This document shows, one piece after another, positions 29,987-41,385 of a stretch of DNA of 64,000 nucleotides (position 1 is its first letter; each line of letters begins with the position of its first letter). The DNA comes from Bdellovibrionales bacterium (lineage in GTDB: Bacteria > Bdellovibrionota > Bdellovibrionia > Bdellovibrionales > JAUICD01). The position numbers were made by a program, and so were the translations under genes. Location: the NCBI GenBank assembly GCA_965262715.1, contig OZ253553.1:1792001-1856000 (forward strand), in the 5' to 3' direction. Under the pieces are notes generated by a model, which was not told where the DNA came from, made no database searches, and worked only from the letters and a program-made list of their open reading frames with translations.

Positions 29987-32900
29987 TATGTAGATGTAAT
30001 AGCAAGCCAGCAAATTAATTTAATATCCTCTTCTAAAATAGAAGGTAATGGCTGTGGTGAACCTGCAGGCTCTAATCCAGTCTCAATAATCCAATTAATA
30101 AGCTTTTTAGATTTTTCTATTCCTTTATTCTCAATACGAAATTGTTCTCTTAGAAGAATCTCATCTCTTCTTGGCCATGGAGATTCCACAATATCAAGAG
30201 CTCTGTTTATTTTTTCTTCATCTATATCAATAGGTTTAAAAGACCGGATGAATTGTGCCACATCTCTATTGAGTTTTCTTATTTTTGGCTGTAAATTAGC
30301 AGGATCGGTTTCAAAGTTCCATGATTCTAAGATATCTGCTTTGGCTATATCCCAAAAGTTATAAACTGATTTTCGAGCTTCTTCTGGTAAGACAATATCG
30401 GTTTCTTTTTCAGATTCAATAAGACGAAGGCAAGTTGCAACTTCCTTAATAATCTGTTTGTTTTTCTGTGGACCCCATTGATGATCTGAAGGAACAAATC
30501 TTAAGTAGGTTCTTTTTTCACCAATTGTAGCACAAAAGAATATTCCTTGTTCTTTCCCTTTTTTCATCCCAGAAAATGATTTCCATGGGAGATTAATAAT
30601 TTTTTTCTTATTTTCTTCAAGAGCCTTTCTTAATGTTTGACGATACTCCTCCCCTGTTTGTACAGAACTAACTGTTCCACCTCTTTCAAACAGAATTGGA
30701 TTTTCCTTTAGAAGTTGATTGATTTCTTCTCTTGTTTCACTAAAGACTTGTTTCCCCTCTTGCCCCTCTTCTATAGGAGAAGTAACTCCAATGCTTCTTG
30801 CAGCCAAAGCTAGTTTATTTAAAATACGTTGTTTTAAATCCAATAAGGCATCCAATCTATCTGTAGGGAAAACTGTTCTTAGGAAGACCTCTGTATGCTG
30901 ACTTCCAATTCTGTCAATTCTTCCATGACGTTGAACAAGCCTCATAGGATTCCAAGGCAAATCATAATTAATGATATGACAACATTGCTGTAAGTTGACT
31001 CCTTCTGCTAAAACATCAGTAGTAATTAAAATATCATAGTCGTCAGAATGATGGGATTGCATAGACTCAGGAGCAAATCCATTAACTGCTGACTTTGTAT
31101 AATCAGATCCTGTAATGGTTGCTATCCTTTCCTGATAATGTTTAAGTTCTAGATCCTTTTTAATCTCATCGTTAAGAAAATTAAAAATCCATTCCACTGT
31201 ATCGGAAAAAAAGGAAAATATTAAGACTTTTCTTTTGTTTTTTTCTTCATTTGCATAACCTTCCTTTTCGGACTGTTTTAATATAAATTTTAATTCCCTC
31301 ATAATGGCTTTGAGTTTTTGATCTTTATCTTTGGTGACTTGATCTGCTTCTTCTTTCAATCTTTTAAGGGTTTTTAAATCTTGAATGACATCATCCTTCA
31401 TTTTTTCAACATCATATCTACTTGTTGTGTCTGTGTCTTCATATTTTTGTAAAAGGTCTTCAAACGCCGTTTCATCATCACCTGATAATTCTTGCAGAAA
31501 TTTTGTTGAAATGACTTTTTCCTTATCTAAGGCCTTTAAAAAAAGTTCATGTTGCTTGATCATTCTTTGCAAGCTTTTTGAAAAAGCGTAAGCAGATGAT
31601 TCAAATCGTTTTAACAGGTTAGAACGCAACAAACCAGAAATCCCTTCTGCCAAGTAGTTTTGTTCCTCTGCTTCTGGTTGTTTTAAATAAATTTTAGGTG
31701 TGTATCTAGAAAATTTAATTTTTTGAGAACTATCAGGATCAAGAGCTTTTTCAATATGATCAAAAGAGAGAACTTCATTTATTTTATAACGAACAGTAAT
31801 GGCTTTTGGACGAGGAAAAACAATTTTTTTAGAAGAACCGTCAGAATCTTTTATGGTATCATTGGCATAATGATGCTGTATAAATTGACGAGTTCTTTTG
31901 ACAGTGGTGGCATCAATTACAGGAAAAAGCTTATCAGGACTTAGATCAGAAGGATTTTCACACATAGCTTCATGAAAAACTTCTTTGATAGATAAAATGC
32001 CTTTATGAGCTAAAAAGGCATCTTGTTTGATGAAAAAATGAATCAAATAATAAAGATCCCAAAGGGAATTGTTTACAGGAGTTGCAGTTAAAAATAAGAC
32101 ATCTTTCTTTTTACCAAAAAGAAGCTTTCTTAAAATACCTGCTCGCATAAAAGCATCTGGGTTTCTGTAATTATGGGCCTCATCCACAACAATCAACTGA
32201 TATTCATCTAAATCTCTTTGTAACTTCTGTGAAGTTCTATCTGCATCTTTATTTAACTGCTTATCACCAGCAAGTTCTTCATAAGACACACATTCAATGA
32301 AAAACTCATGTTCGGATTTAAATCTTTTCCAAGTATTGTCACGAAGAGCTGCAGGACAAATCAACAAAGCTCTTTGCCTTTTATTCCTATAATGTTCAAT
32401 AATTTGAGCTGCTATAAATGTCTTTCCTAAACCTACTTCATCAGCAACAATAACCCCACTATATTCTTGAATAATCCGTAAGGCCCTGATAACCCCATGT
32501 TTTTGAAATTGAGTTAAGAGAAACCCTTCTTCACTTTGAGAATCTACTTCAATTTCTTTTCCATAAAGTTGCCATAACACTCTTATAAAAATATCAAAAG
32601 GAGTTTGAATTGTTAAAAGCTCTTCAAATATTTTGTCTACTTCAAAAGGAACACTATCTTCCCATAATTGATTAAACCAAGATTTCGCTTTAGACACTGT
32701 CATTTTATCACAACGACTGGTATTTAACTCTAAATTTGTAGTCAAACCAGCTTTTGTCATATTAGAAGAACCTATAATAACACCTTCATGTTCTTCATTT
32801 TCCTGTTTGATAAAAATGTAGGCTTTTGCATGGAGGAAATCTTTTTCATATCTGCGAATTTCAATATTTCCAGACTGAAGAGCTTTAACAAAAGATCTAA

Positions 32901-33282
32901 TTTTTTTTTCACTTTGAAAATCAAAAGAGAGATGATCTCTTTCCCTTTGAAGACCTATTTCAACAGAACTTAAGCTTTCTTGTAATTGCTCTGTTTTGAA
33001 TTGTGATTTGGTCTTTTCAAGAGGTTTTAAAGGAAATAAATGTTTTGAAAAAAGCTCTGCTCCAATCAAAAGACGAACAGAATCTATATCAGCTAGCTCA
33101 TCAACTATTTGAAAAAACCCTGCTGAAGTAAAAAAAGCAGTGACAATACAAGCTTCATTATATTTTGAACCATTTATGTTGTTTTTGAGAATAGATTTTA
33201 GAGCTTCAGATAAGGTGTTTTCTCCAATATTATCAATGAGTTCAGGAAAAAATGTTTCTTTATATGAGATGTAGTCATCCAT
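29986..33282 (-). CDS. PLD-nuclease domain + SNF2-type helicase
   Basis: LHAKAYI..GSSNMT (HKD-like), ADEVGLGKT, DEAH, TATP, EGVNLQ, YDLPWNP, QRHGRIDRIG. Confidence 0.9.
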   Translation of the reverse strand: MDDYISYKETFFPELIDNIGENTLSEALKSILKNNINGSKYNEACIVTAFFTSAGFFQIVDELADIDSVRLLIGAELFSKHLFPLKPLEKTKSQFKTEQLQESLSSVEIGLQRERDHLSFDFQSEKKIRSFVKALQSGNIEIRRYEKDFLHAKAYIFIKQENEEHEGVIIGSSNMTKAGLTTNLELNTSRCDKMTVSKAKSWFNQLWEDSVPFEVDKIFEELLTIQTPFDIFIRVLWQLYGKEIEVDSQSEEGFLLTQFQKHGVIRALRIIQEYSGVIVADEVGLGKTFIAAQIIEHYRNKRQRALLICPAALRDNTWKRFKSEHEFFIECVSYEELAGDKQLNKDADRTSQKLQRDLDEYQLIVVDEAHNYRNPDAFMRAGILRKLLFGKKKDVLFLTATPVNNSLWDLYYLIHFFIKQDAFLAHKGILSIKEVFHEAMCENPSDLSPDKLFPVIDATTVKRTRQFIQHHYANDTIKDSDGSSKKIVFPRPKAITVRYKINEVLSFDHIEKALDPDSSQKIKFSRYTPKIYLKQPEAEEQNYLAEGISGLLRSNLLKRFESSAYAFSKSLQRMIKQHELFLKALDKEKVISTKFLQELSGDDETAFEDLLQKYEDTDTTSRYDVEKMKDDVIQDLKTLKRLKEEADQVTKDKDQKLKAIMRELKFILKQSEKEGYANEEKNKRKVLIFSFFSDTVEWIFNFLNDEIKKDLELKHYQERIATITGSDYTKSAVNGFAPESMQSHHSDDYDILITTDVLAEGVNLQQCCHIINYDLPWNPMRLVQRHGRIDRIGSQHTEVFLRTVFPTDRLDALLDLKQRILNKLALAARSIGVTSPIEEGQEGKQVFSETREEINQLLKENPILFERGGTVSSVQTGEEYRQTLRKALEENKKKIINLPWKSFSGMKKGKEQGIFFCATIGEKRTYLRFVPSDHQWGPQKNKQIIKEVATCLRLIESEKETDIVLPEEARKSVYNFWDIAKADILESWNFETDPANLQPKIRKLNRDVAQFIRSFKPIDIDEEKINRALDIVESPWPRRDEILLREQFRIENKGIEKSKKLINWIIETGLEPAGSPQPLPSILEEDIKLICWLAITST

Positions 33283-33335
33283 CTTAGATCATATTCCTTT
33301 TGAGCTTTTTAGACTTATATTATAAATTTTACTTT

Positions 33336-34318
33336 TTACTTACGATGTGGTTTTGCTAAAAGTTGTATAGACTGTTTACCCCATGATATCCCTTGTGTGT
33401 TTTCATAAAGTTTTACAAAAGGAGTTATATTGAAAAAACCATTGATCAAAATATGAGCTTCCCACAATAAACCTTGAAGTTTATTGTCAGCAAGGCTGAT
33501 TTTTAATTTAAGTTCAGAGAGTTTGTTGATTGATAAAGGGCGAGAATGCATCAAATGCTCCTCATAATTGGATAAGTATTTAACAACTTTTTTTATTTTT
33601 TCATCAGAATTTTTTTCATCTTTGAGCATATACTTTTTAAGCCAATCAGAAACCAATTTTTCTGAAAGGTTTTCTGAATCTTCACAAAGTTCTAAAAGGT
33701 CTAAAGAGTATTGCTCAATGAGTGGAATATAAACAGGTAATATTTCCGGACCTTCTTCAGCAACTTTCTTTTTTAATTTTTCAATACCGTTCTTAATTGC
33801 TCTAGAAGGAATACCATTAATTTGAGGGTCAATAGGTCCTAAAACAGCACATGGATGTAAAATGACATGATCTCCTGATAGTGCTAGCATTGTAGCTGCT
33901 GAATAAGCAGAATGTGGAATCAAGAAGTGTATATTGTTAAGTGACCTCTTAATAATTCTACAATTCTCTCTGTAGCGTCAGGCCTACCACCGGGGCTATG
34001 TAAGAGAACATCAACAACATCACTATCTTTTATTGAACTTGAATTTTTGACAGAAACGATCATATCATTAAAGCCATCTACATCAGAAAGGTCAATAAAA
34101 TTTGGAGCATCCGGTAGTGTCTTTTCTAAAAATTTTGTTGCATATATCAATAAAGGTCGTTTTCGATATTGTTCAATATCTTCATAACACTTTTTACGAA
34201 TTCTAAGTAAATCAGAATGAGTAGGGTTTTTTACAGTCAGAAAATTATACCAATCTTGAGTAGTTTTAAACCTTACCCTATTTTGTTGTTGAGTAGATGG
34301 CATGAGGGTTGATCTCAC
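33336..34318 (-). pseudogene. SDH_sah / ClpP-crotonase-like serine protease, frameshifted
   Basis: LHSPGG in the upstream ORF and SAATMLAL, LGPIDPQ, HSRP in the downstream ORF; one base missing near 33938 (would read LRGHFNNIHFLIPHS). Confidence 0.75.
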
Positions 34319-34502
34319 AAGCTGAAGTGGAGGATGAAATAGTCTTAAATACTTTCTTTCGGCCTAAGGCAATAGCTGTTCTTTCTAAAATATCCTTGGT
34401 TTTTTGATGCTGTTTGTAAAGTTCTAATGCTTCTGTGTTTTCATACAAAACTTCTTTTGACATGATCTTACTGGACGTAAGCTCTAACTTCTTTGCTTTC
34501 AT
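34278..34502 (-). CDS. Small hypothetical protein upstream of the protease
   Basis: 74-aa ORF preceded by GGGAG RBS; overlaps the protease start. Confidence 0.5.
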   Translation of the reverse strand: MKAKKLELTSSKIMSKEVLYENTEALELYKQHQKTKDILERTAIALGRKKVFKTISSSTSACEINPHAIYSTTK

Positions 34503-34597
34503 TAGTTTCTCCCATAACCTATTATAATGGATTTTATCTTAAAAAATCAAATTATAATGATTGAGTGTTCTAATATAGTATATAATTAGGTTTTGCA

Positions 34598-37500
34598 CTA
34601 ACTATTTTTAATTATTTTTGCTTTCCATACTCTGTAATATTTTAAAACAGCTTTTAATCGAGGTTCATAATCCCACGTCCTGTGAAAAGTCTCAAAAATA
34701 TGGATGAGCTGTTTTTCAGACAGTCCATAAAGATGAGCAACAACAGCATCTAACTCATAAATCATATTGTTTTTTTCATCTACATCTAACTTGCCATATT
34801 TAACACCTACGGACTTAGCCCATTTTGCAAATCGCTCATCAGGTGATGCTAATCGGCCTGAAAGTTTAACGACTTTTTGCCACAGAGAATTACTTTTGGA
34901 AAGGCGAGGGACAGGGAAAGTATTGAGAAGAAAAAAGCCAATAGAGTTTGTAGAAATAAATAAACGAGCATACCAATCAAAAGGGATAGAGCTTAAAACA
35001 CCAAGTAAAAAGGCTTCATCTTTTTCATCTCCTCTAGAAAAAAGAAAATAAGGAGCTTTATGAACTAAAAAAACTTTAGAAGGTACAAGACTGGCATGAA
35101 TTGTCCTTGGTCTGTCTGCACTGCCAACATCTCGGAAGGCAATCCTTGGCTTAAAACAAGGCAGCGTTTTTTTGTTTCTGATATGATCACTAGAAAATTC
35201 AACATGTACACTTCTTGGACTTTTATGACTATTAAGACGTTTTTGATAAAGATAATTTATAACTTTTTCAGGGTTAGCGTAAGCATAATACTTTCCCGTA
35301 TCTTGTTGCCAAATATTAAAAGATTCTCCCGTGAAAATCTTCCAAAATCCTTCTGGACAACTCTTAGACTTTAAATCCATAAGATTTTTTTGTTGAGTTG
35401 TATGCATTTCTACATCAGTTCAAGTTATCCAGCTTTTTTTATCATTTAAACTCAATCTAGGAGATTTTCTCAGCTGAAGAAAAACATCAAAAGATTCTTC
35501 TTTTGGTAAAGAAGGTAATGAGGCAGAATCTGTCCATGATTCCACTTGATTTTTTGTGAAAAATAAAGAGCTTTGACTTTGTCTAGCTTCAAATTGCCCC
35601 ATAGACTTGAAAGGTCCTTGAATATAAATTCTCCCTTCTTTTTTGTTTTCATTTTCATCTTTTTCAAGGGATAAAATACTTATCCGAATGCCATCTACTC
35701 CTTCAAAAACCCAACCAGAGTTATTGACAAATGTGGTTATATGTACTTTTTGAGTTTTTTGAAAAATCTCTTTACGAAAATTTTCAGACCCTTTAGATTG
35801 ACAAACACTACCTTTCAGAACTACTCCAAGAAAACCGTTTTTTTCACAAATTAATTGCCAAAATCTCCAACAAAAGAATTTATATAAGTCAGAATCTCCT
35901 GAGTTTGACTGAATATAAATCATTTTTTTTAAGACACTTTTAAGCTTATTTATCTTTTCTAGTTCTGACTGGTATTTTTCCCTAAGTGCTGGGTTTTCTT
36001 CTTTTATAGTTCTATATCTCTCTTCTCTTTCTCCTTGAGAAAGCCCTCTCAATCCAGGGAAATATCTGGCCCAAAAAGCATGCTCTTCTAATTTTATTTT
36101 TTCCCAAGGAGGATTGCCAATAATCACATCAAAACCCGGCTTACCTCTTAAAAACACTTCAGGAAAAGCTAATGGGAAATGAAGAGGCTTTAAGTCTTTC
36201 AATTCTGAGAGAGCTTTTTTAAATTCTTTAGATTTACCAATGGCTTTTTTATTTCTTATCCATTCTTCAATTTTAAAAATGTTTAATTTGTCAGATGATA
36301 TCCGGTTAAAAATAGCTATATCAAACAAAGCTTTGGTATCTTTTAAAGATGTTTCTATTTCTTCTTTTAATTTTCGATTTTGTTTGACTTCTTCAGGATT
36401 TAAGTCAGCAAGTTGTTTCATATCTTGCAAAGGTTTTCTTACATGGGCAATTAACTTTTTAGTATCAATTAATTGCATAGGAAAATTTTCTACATCTTTA
36501 AATTCTTCCTGAAACTCTTGCAAAGTTCCTATACCTACCAAAGAATCTCCGCAAGCTAAATTATGATCAAAGTAAGAAAGTGGCAGCCCTGGAATAAAAG
36601 TATGAGTCCACAAAGAAAGCTTTGCTAATTGAACTGCCAACTCATTGTTATCCACTCCATAAATGCAGTGTTTTGCAATATGGCGGGCTAAGATTTTTCT
36701 ATTTTCAATAGAAGAATCATCAGACATATCTTTTAAGTTGTCTTTTACGGCTACTTTTATCTTATCCAATATATTTTGAACCCCATTTAAAGGTCTTTCA
36801 TTTAAATAGTTTGTCATTGCCTTTTCAATTTTATCCACTGCTGCTACTAAAAAGTGCCCAGATCCCATAGCAATATCTGCAACAAAAAAGTTAAAAATTT
36901 CTTTAGCAGCTTCTTTATCATCTAGCTTATCCAATCGTTCAAAATGCTTTTTTAAAGCTGGCTCTAGTGATTTTTCTAGAATATGTTCCACAATAAAGCT
37001 TTTCGTATAATAACTGCCAGAGGCTTTTCTTGCACCAGATTGATTTTGTAGGTAAACATGTCCCTTATTAATTGTGAGAGAATTTTTCTCTTTCTTTTTT
37101 TGATTTTTAGGTTTAAATTTCACTGGAATGTAAATATTTCCACTTAATGTTAAGTTTTCATCTGCTTTAACCAAATTGGACTCTAAAAGTCCTTCATAAA
37201 TAGTTCCAAATTCACTAGGGCCTAAAAAGCGAAAATCTACAGGAGCCAAATCTCTTTCCTGAGACTTCATAAGCAGTAAGTCTTTTAAAGCTGGAACAAA
37301 AAATTTATTGGCAATAGAAATCTTTGAGAGTTCTTTTCCTATCTCTGAATATATGCTGCTAAACAAACCTCCATTATAGGCCATAATTCCCCATTCTGTA
37401 TTTCCTTCATCAATGGCTTTCCAGAGACGAGCAACTTCTTGCCAATGGTTGCATTGATCTTTTGCAAAAGATCCGTTCTGATTAGAATGCAAGTCAGACA

Positions 37501-38671
37501 ATTCTTGTGCTTTTTTCTTAAGAGATCGTGCCTGATAAGCTGAATTTGTTTTATAAGGCAGAAGATCTCTATCTTCAGCATGAGCGATAAATAAGAGGCG
37601 AAACAGAACAGTCAAAGTCTTATGATAAACTTTGTCTAAATCTTGAGAGGATGGATTTTTTATTTTCATTGCGTGAATCATTCCATTGGCTATTTGAGGA
37701 ATAATCTTATCATAGATGCGGTCTTTTAAATTCTTTGCCACATTTTCCGAAAAACGTTTGGATTTTTCTAAGATTTCACTCAAAGATCCTTTTTCACTTA
37801 AAGCTTCAGCAGAGAAGATAAGCCATAAATAGCCTAAATCTTCTTCTTGAAGAAGAGATGATTGACATTCTATATAGGTTTCCGTTCGAGAATTACCACT
37901 GACTCCAGATTTTTTATCAGTGCTATAAAGTCTTATACAATTTTCCTGAACCATTAAAACCCAAGGCATAGCTTCCTGGTCTGCCTTATCCATTGCATAA
38001 GAGACAGGTGAGAGTTGATTAAAACGCTGTTGAGAGGAATAATGAGCTTCTGAAGGATCTAAAAGAACTGCTAAAGCTCTCTTTTTATCTTTGCTTTTTA
38101 AGATATAAGTCAAGTTATCTAGCCGAGTTATATAAAAGCCAAGTTCTTCCAAAAGGTCTTGTCTTTTAAAATCAGATATACTTTTAGATTTCTGCCTTGC
38201 TTTTTCCCAATCATGCCGTTTTTTAACTCCATGGATAAGGTGATGAGAGGCTAGCATACCCTTATTATTAATACCAGATATCCCTTCTACAGAAGGCAAG
38301 AAATGATGACAAAATTCCAAAGCCTTATGACGATTTGGTTGCTCTAAAGCTGTTTGGCAAAATCTCTCGACAAGCTCAAGCCTGCCTTGATAAACCGGAG
38401 GATTTTCACCAGAAGGGCCACAAAGAGAAGCTTGATTGTTTCCATGGATAACAGTCAATAGAACTGGTGAAGCTCTGTTGTTCTTTCTTTTCTTATGAGC
38501 ATTTTTTATTTTTGAGACATTTGGCTGAGTATCACTTGAAAAAACAGCTACTTCTAAGCTAGAATCCCCTTTTCCTAAAATTAATTTCTCAGGTTTTAAA
38601 CCTTGTTCTACTAATTGGAGAGGTCTTTTTGGAAAACTTTGAAGAAATTTCTTTGCAGCACTCATAATCAA
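34598..38671 (-). pseudogene. Type IIG/Eco57I-like adenine methyltransferase(-endonuclease) split by an in-frame TGA
   Basis: YNGGLF, FGTIYEGLLE, GSYYT, DIAMGSGHFL, GNPPW; ORFs 35420-38671 and 34598-35407 are in one frame separated only by TGA (WIT*TDVEMH). Confidence 0.8.
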
Positions 38672-38846
38672 TACATTCGTCTGATTATATTAAAAACTTA
38701 AGACTTTTGGTGGTCTAAAAGTATGAATGTATTTTTTATAAGTGATCTTAATTTGAATAGTTAATTTTAAAACTTGCTCTAATTACTAAGGTAGTATCAA
38801 AGTGAAACAAAACAATTTATAGGCTTCTATTTTTTCCATAAAATCC

Positions 38847-40373
38847 TTATGATCTATTTTTTTCAATTAAGTTATCTCCTGTCATCTCCTTTGGAATAGA
38901 TAGATCAAGTAGGTTTAAGAGAGTAGGTGCAATATCAGAAAGTTTTCCATTAGAAAGCCTGTAAGGTGTTTGATCAGATCGAGATATCCATATTAGAGGG
39001 ACAGGATTTGTTGTGTGTTGAGTTAAGATTTGAGATGTTTTGAGGCAAACCATCTCCTCGCAGTTGCCATGATCAGATGTGATAAAAATTTCATGATTTG
39101 ATTTTTCTGCTTGAGATACAATACGGCCTAAACATTCATCAATCACTTCTATAGCTTTAATAGCTGCTTTTTCATTGCCCGTGTGGCCTACCATATCTCC
39201 GTTTGCAAAATTAGCAATAATCACAGAGTATTTCTGCATATTTGAAATTAGCTGATCTGTAACTTCATAAGCACTCATTTCAGGTTTTTGATCATAAGTT
39301 GCGATATCGCTTGGAGAAGGAATCAAAATACGATCTTCCCCTTTAAGAGGAGTTTCTCTACCGCCATTTAAAAAATAAGTGACATGAGCGTACTTTTCAG
39401 TTTCTGCAATTCTTAATTGCTTGAGATTATTTTGAGAAAGAACTTCTCCTAAGCAATTTGATGGAATGTTTTTTGGAAATAGTACAGGAAAGTTAAAACT
39501 TTTTTTGTATTCTGTAAAAGTTAGAAGGTTGTGAGAGGATAGTTGAATTGGAGTTTCAAATTCACTAAAATTATTTATAGATAAAGATTCTACAATTTGA
39601 CGCATTCTATCTGCCCTGAAATTAAATGTCACACATTGATCTTTAGATCTCATACCTAAGCCTTTTTGCACATAAAAAGGAAGGATAAATTCATCACTTA
39701 TTCCATTATCATAAGATGCTTGAACACCTTCCAAAGCCGAGGCAAAAGTTTTATATTCTCCAGTAAAAGTTAATCCTTTATAAGCCTTTTTTGTTCTTTC
39801 CCATCTTTTGTCTCTATCCATAGCATAAAAACGCCCCATTACAGTTGAAACCACAACATTATCTAAATGAGAAATGAAGTCTTCTAATTCTAAAATATAA
39901 TTTTTTCCACTATGAATAAGTGTATCACGCCCATCCGTGATAACATGAATAGATATCTTCTTATGAGGAAATGCTTTGGTGATATCGGTTATGAGAGCTG
40001 TTAAGTGATGAAAGGAAGAGTGCACATATCCCTTAGAAACCAAACCTAGTAAATGGATGTGCCCATCTGCTTGGCCTATCCTTTGAATATCAGGCATTTC
40101 AGAAAACAAGTGACTTTCAGTAAACTTAGAGATTTTAGGAAGATCTTGTCGTAGAACTCTACCACTACCTATTGTAAGATGCCCTACTTCTGAATTACCC
40201 ATAACACCTTTAGGAAGCCCTACAGCTTCTCCTGATGCATTAAGGCTGCTATGAAGATTTTCTTTTCTGAACTTATCCAAATAAGGTGTTTTTGCGAGAA
40301 AAAGAGCATTATGTGTTTTTTTTGTAGAAAGACCTACACCATCTAAAATAAGTAATATGATCTTTTTTTTCAT
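38847..40373 (-). CDS. gpmI: 2,3-bisphosphoglycerate-independent phosphoglycerate mutase
   Basis: ILDG, GNSEVGH, DGRD, GRFYAMDRD, NFRADR, AETEKYAHVT, TSDHGN; likely start MKKKIILL. Confidence 0.95.
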   Translation of the reverse strand: MKKKIILLILDGVGLSTKKTHNALFLAKTPYLDKFRKENLHSSLNASGEAVGLPKGVMGNSEVGHLTIGSGRVLRQDLPKISKFTESHLFSEMPDIQRIGQADGHIHLLGLVSKGYVHSSFHHLTALITDITKAFPHKKISIHVITDGRDTLIHSGKNYILELEDFISHLDNVVVSTVMGRFYAMDRDKRWERTKKAYKGLTFTGEYKTFASALEGVQASYDNGISDEFILPFYVQKGLGMRSKDQCVTFNFRADRMRQIVESLSINNFSEFETPIQLSSHNLLTFTEYKKSFNFPVLFPKNIPSNCLGEVLSQNNLKQLRIAETEKYAHVTYFLNGGRETPLKGEDRILIPSPSDIATYDQKPEMSAYEVTDQLISNMQKYSVIIANFANGDMVGHTGNEKAAIKAIEVIDECLGRIVSQAEKSNHEIFITSDHGNCEEMVCLKTSQILTQHTTNPVPLIWISRSDQTPYRLSNGKLSDIAPTLLNLLDLSIPKEMTGDNLIEKNRS

Positions 40374-41371
40374 AAATCTAAAGCTGCTTTGTCCCATAGG
40401 GACTCTAATTGGTATTTATCTCGTATATAATTGTAAAAAATATGAACAATTAAAGGGCCATAATCAACCAGTACCCAGTTTCCCTCCACAGTACCCTCTA
40501 CATTGATAGGAGAAATACAAAAATGATCTTTTACATCTTTAATAAGAATTTCTGATAAACTTTGAGTGTGTTTTCTGCTCATACCAGAAGCAATAAGAGT
40601 ATAATCTGTAATGGAACTGATAGGTGATACATAAAATGTCTTAATATTGATAGCTTTTTTTTCATCTAAAATATTTTTACAAAAGATTGTTAACTGTTTT
40701 GTGTTAACTTCATCATTTCTTGATCCTTTTTGATAAATTTGATGTTCTTTAATATACTCTTCTGCTTGTAGATCTAAGTAATGAAAAGTGGATTTGTTTT
40801 GGTAAATACGTCGTCTTAAGTAAGTGGAGGAGACGTCAATATCTTTTTCAATTTGGACAAATTCTATGGTCTTTCCTGACTTAAGCTTTGTATTTTGAAA
40901 TCCAAAATCCTCCACGTAGGGTTGAAGGCCTTTTGGAAATTCCTTTAATGATTCTGGAAAAAACCAGTTAGGCCTTGAAGTCACTATAATATTTGTAATT
41001 TGTAAAATCTCTTCATAGTCCTTCCAGTTATCGAAATGATAAAATAAATCTAAACCTATAATAAGAAATAAATCAGTATCCTTTTCATTAAGTTGCTTTA
41101 AGGTTGTGATCGTGTAGCTGACATCTTTTCTTTTGATTTCTCTATGGTCGACTTGAAGAATATCTGTATATTCTAAGCATCCTAGTTGTGTGATTTTTAG
41201 TCTTTGAACTGGAGAAGGGTCTTCTATAAAGGTTTTATGGGGTGTTTGATATGCAGGTATAATAAGAGCTTTATTTAACTCCATCTTGTGAGCAACATGC
41301 AGTATATTATTTAAATGTCCTTTATGGAAAGGATTGAAACTCCCCCCAAAAATACCAATACGCTTTTTCAT
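40370..41371 (-). CDS. nadD: Nicotinate-nucleotide adenylyltransferase fused to RsfS/Iojap domain
   Basis: GGSFNPFHKGH, SYTITT, IIGLD, SSTYLR; C-terminal EKKAINI, TDYTLIASG, EG..WVLVDYG..IVHIF..RDKYQLESLW. Confidence 0.88.
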   Translation of the reverse strand: MKKRIGIFGGSFNPFHKGHLNNILHVAHKMELNKALIIPAYQTPHKTFIEDPSPVQRLKITQLGCLEYTDILQVDHREIKRKDVSYTITTLKQLNEKDTDLFLIIGLDLFYHFDNWKDYEEILQITNIIVTSRPNWFFPESLKEFPKGLQPYVEDFGFQNTKLKSGKTIEFVQIEKDIDVSSTYLRRRIYQNKSTFHYLDLQAEEYIKEHQIYQKGSRNDEVNTKQLTIFCKNILDEKKAINIKTFYVSPISSITDYTLIASGMSRKHTQSLSEILIKDVKDHFCISPINVEGTVEGNWVLVDYGPLIVHIFYNYIRDKYQLESLWDKAALDL

Positions 41372-41385
41372 TATACCTCTTTACA

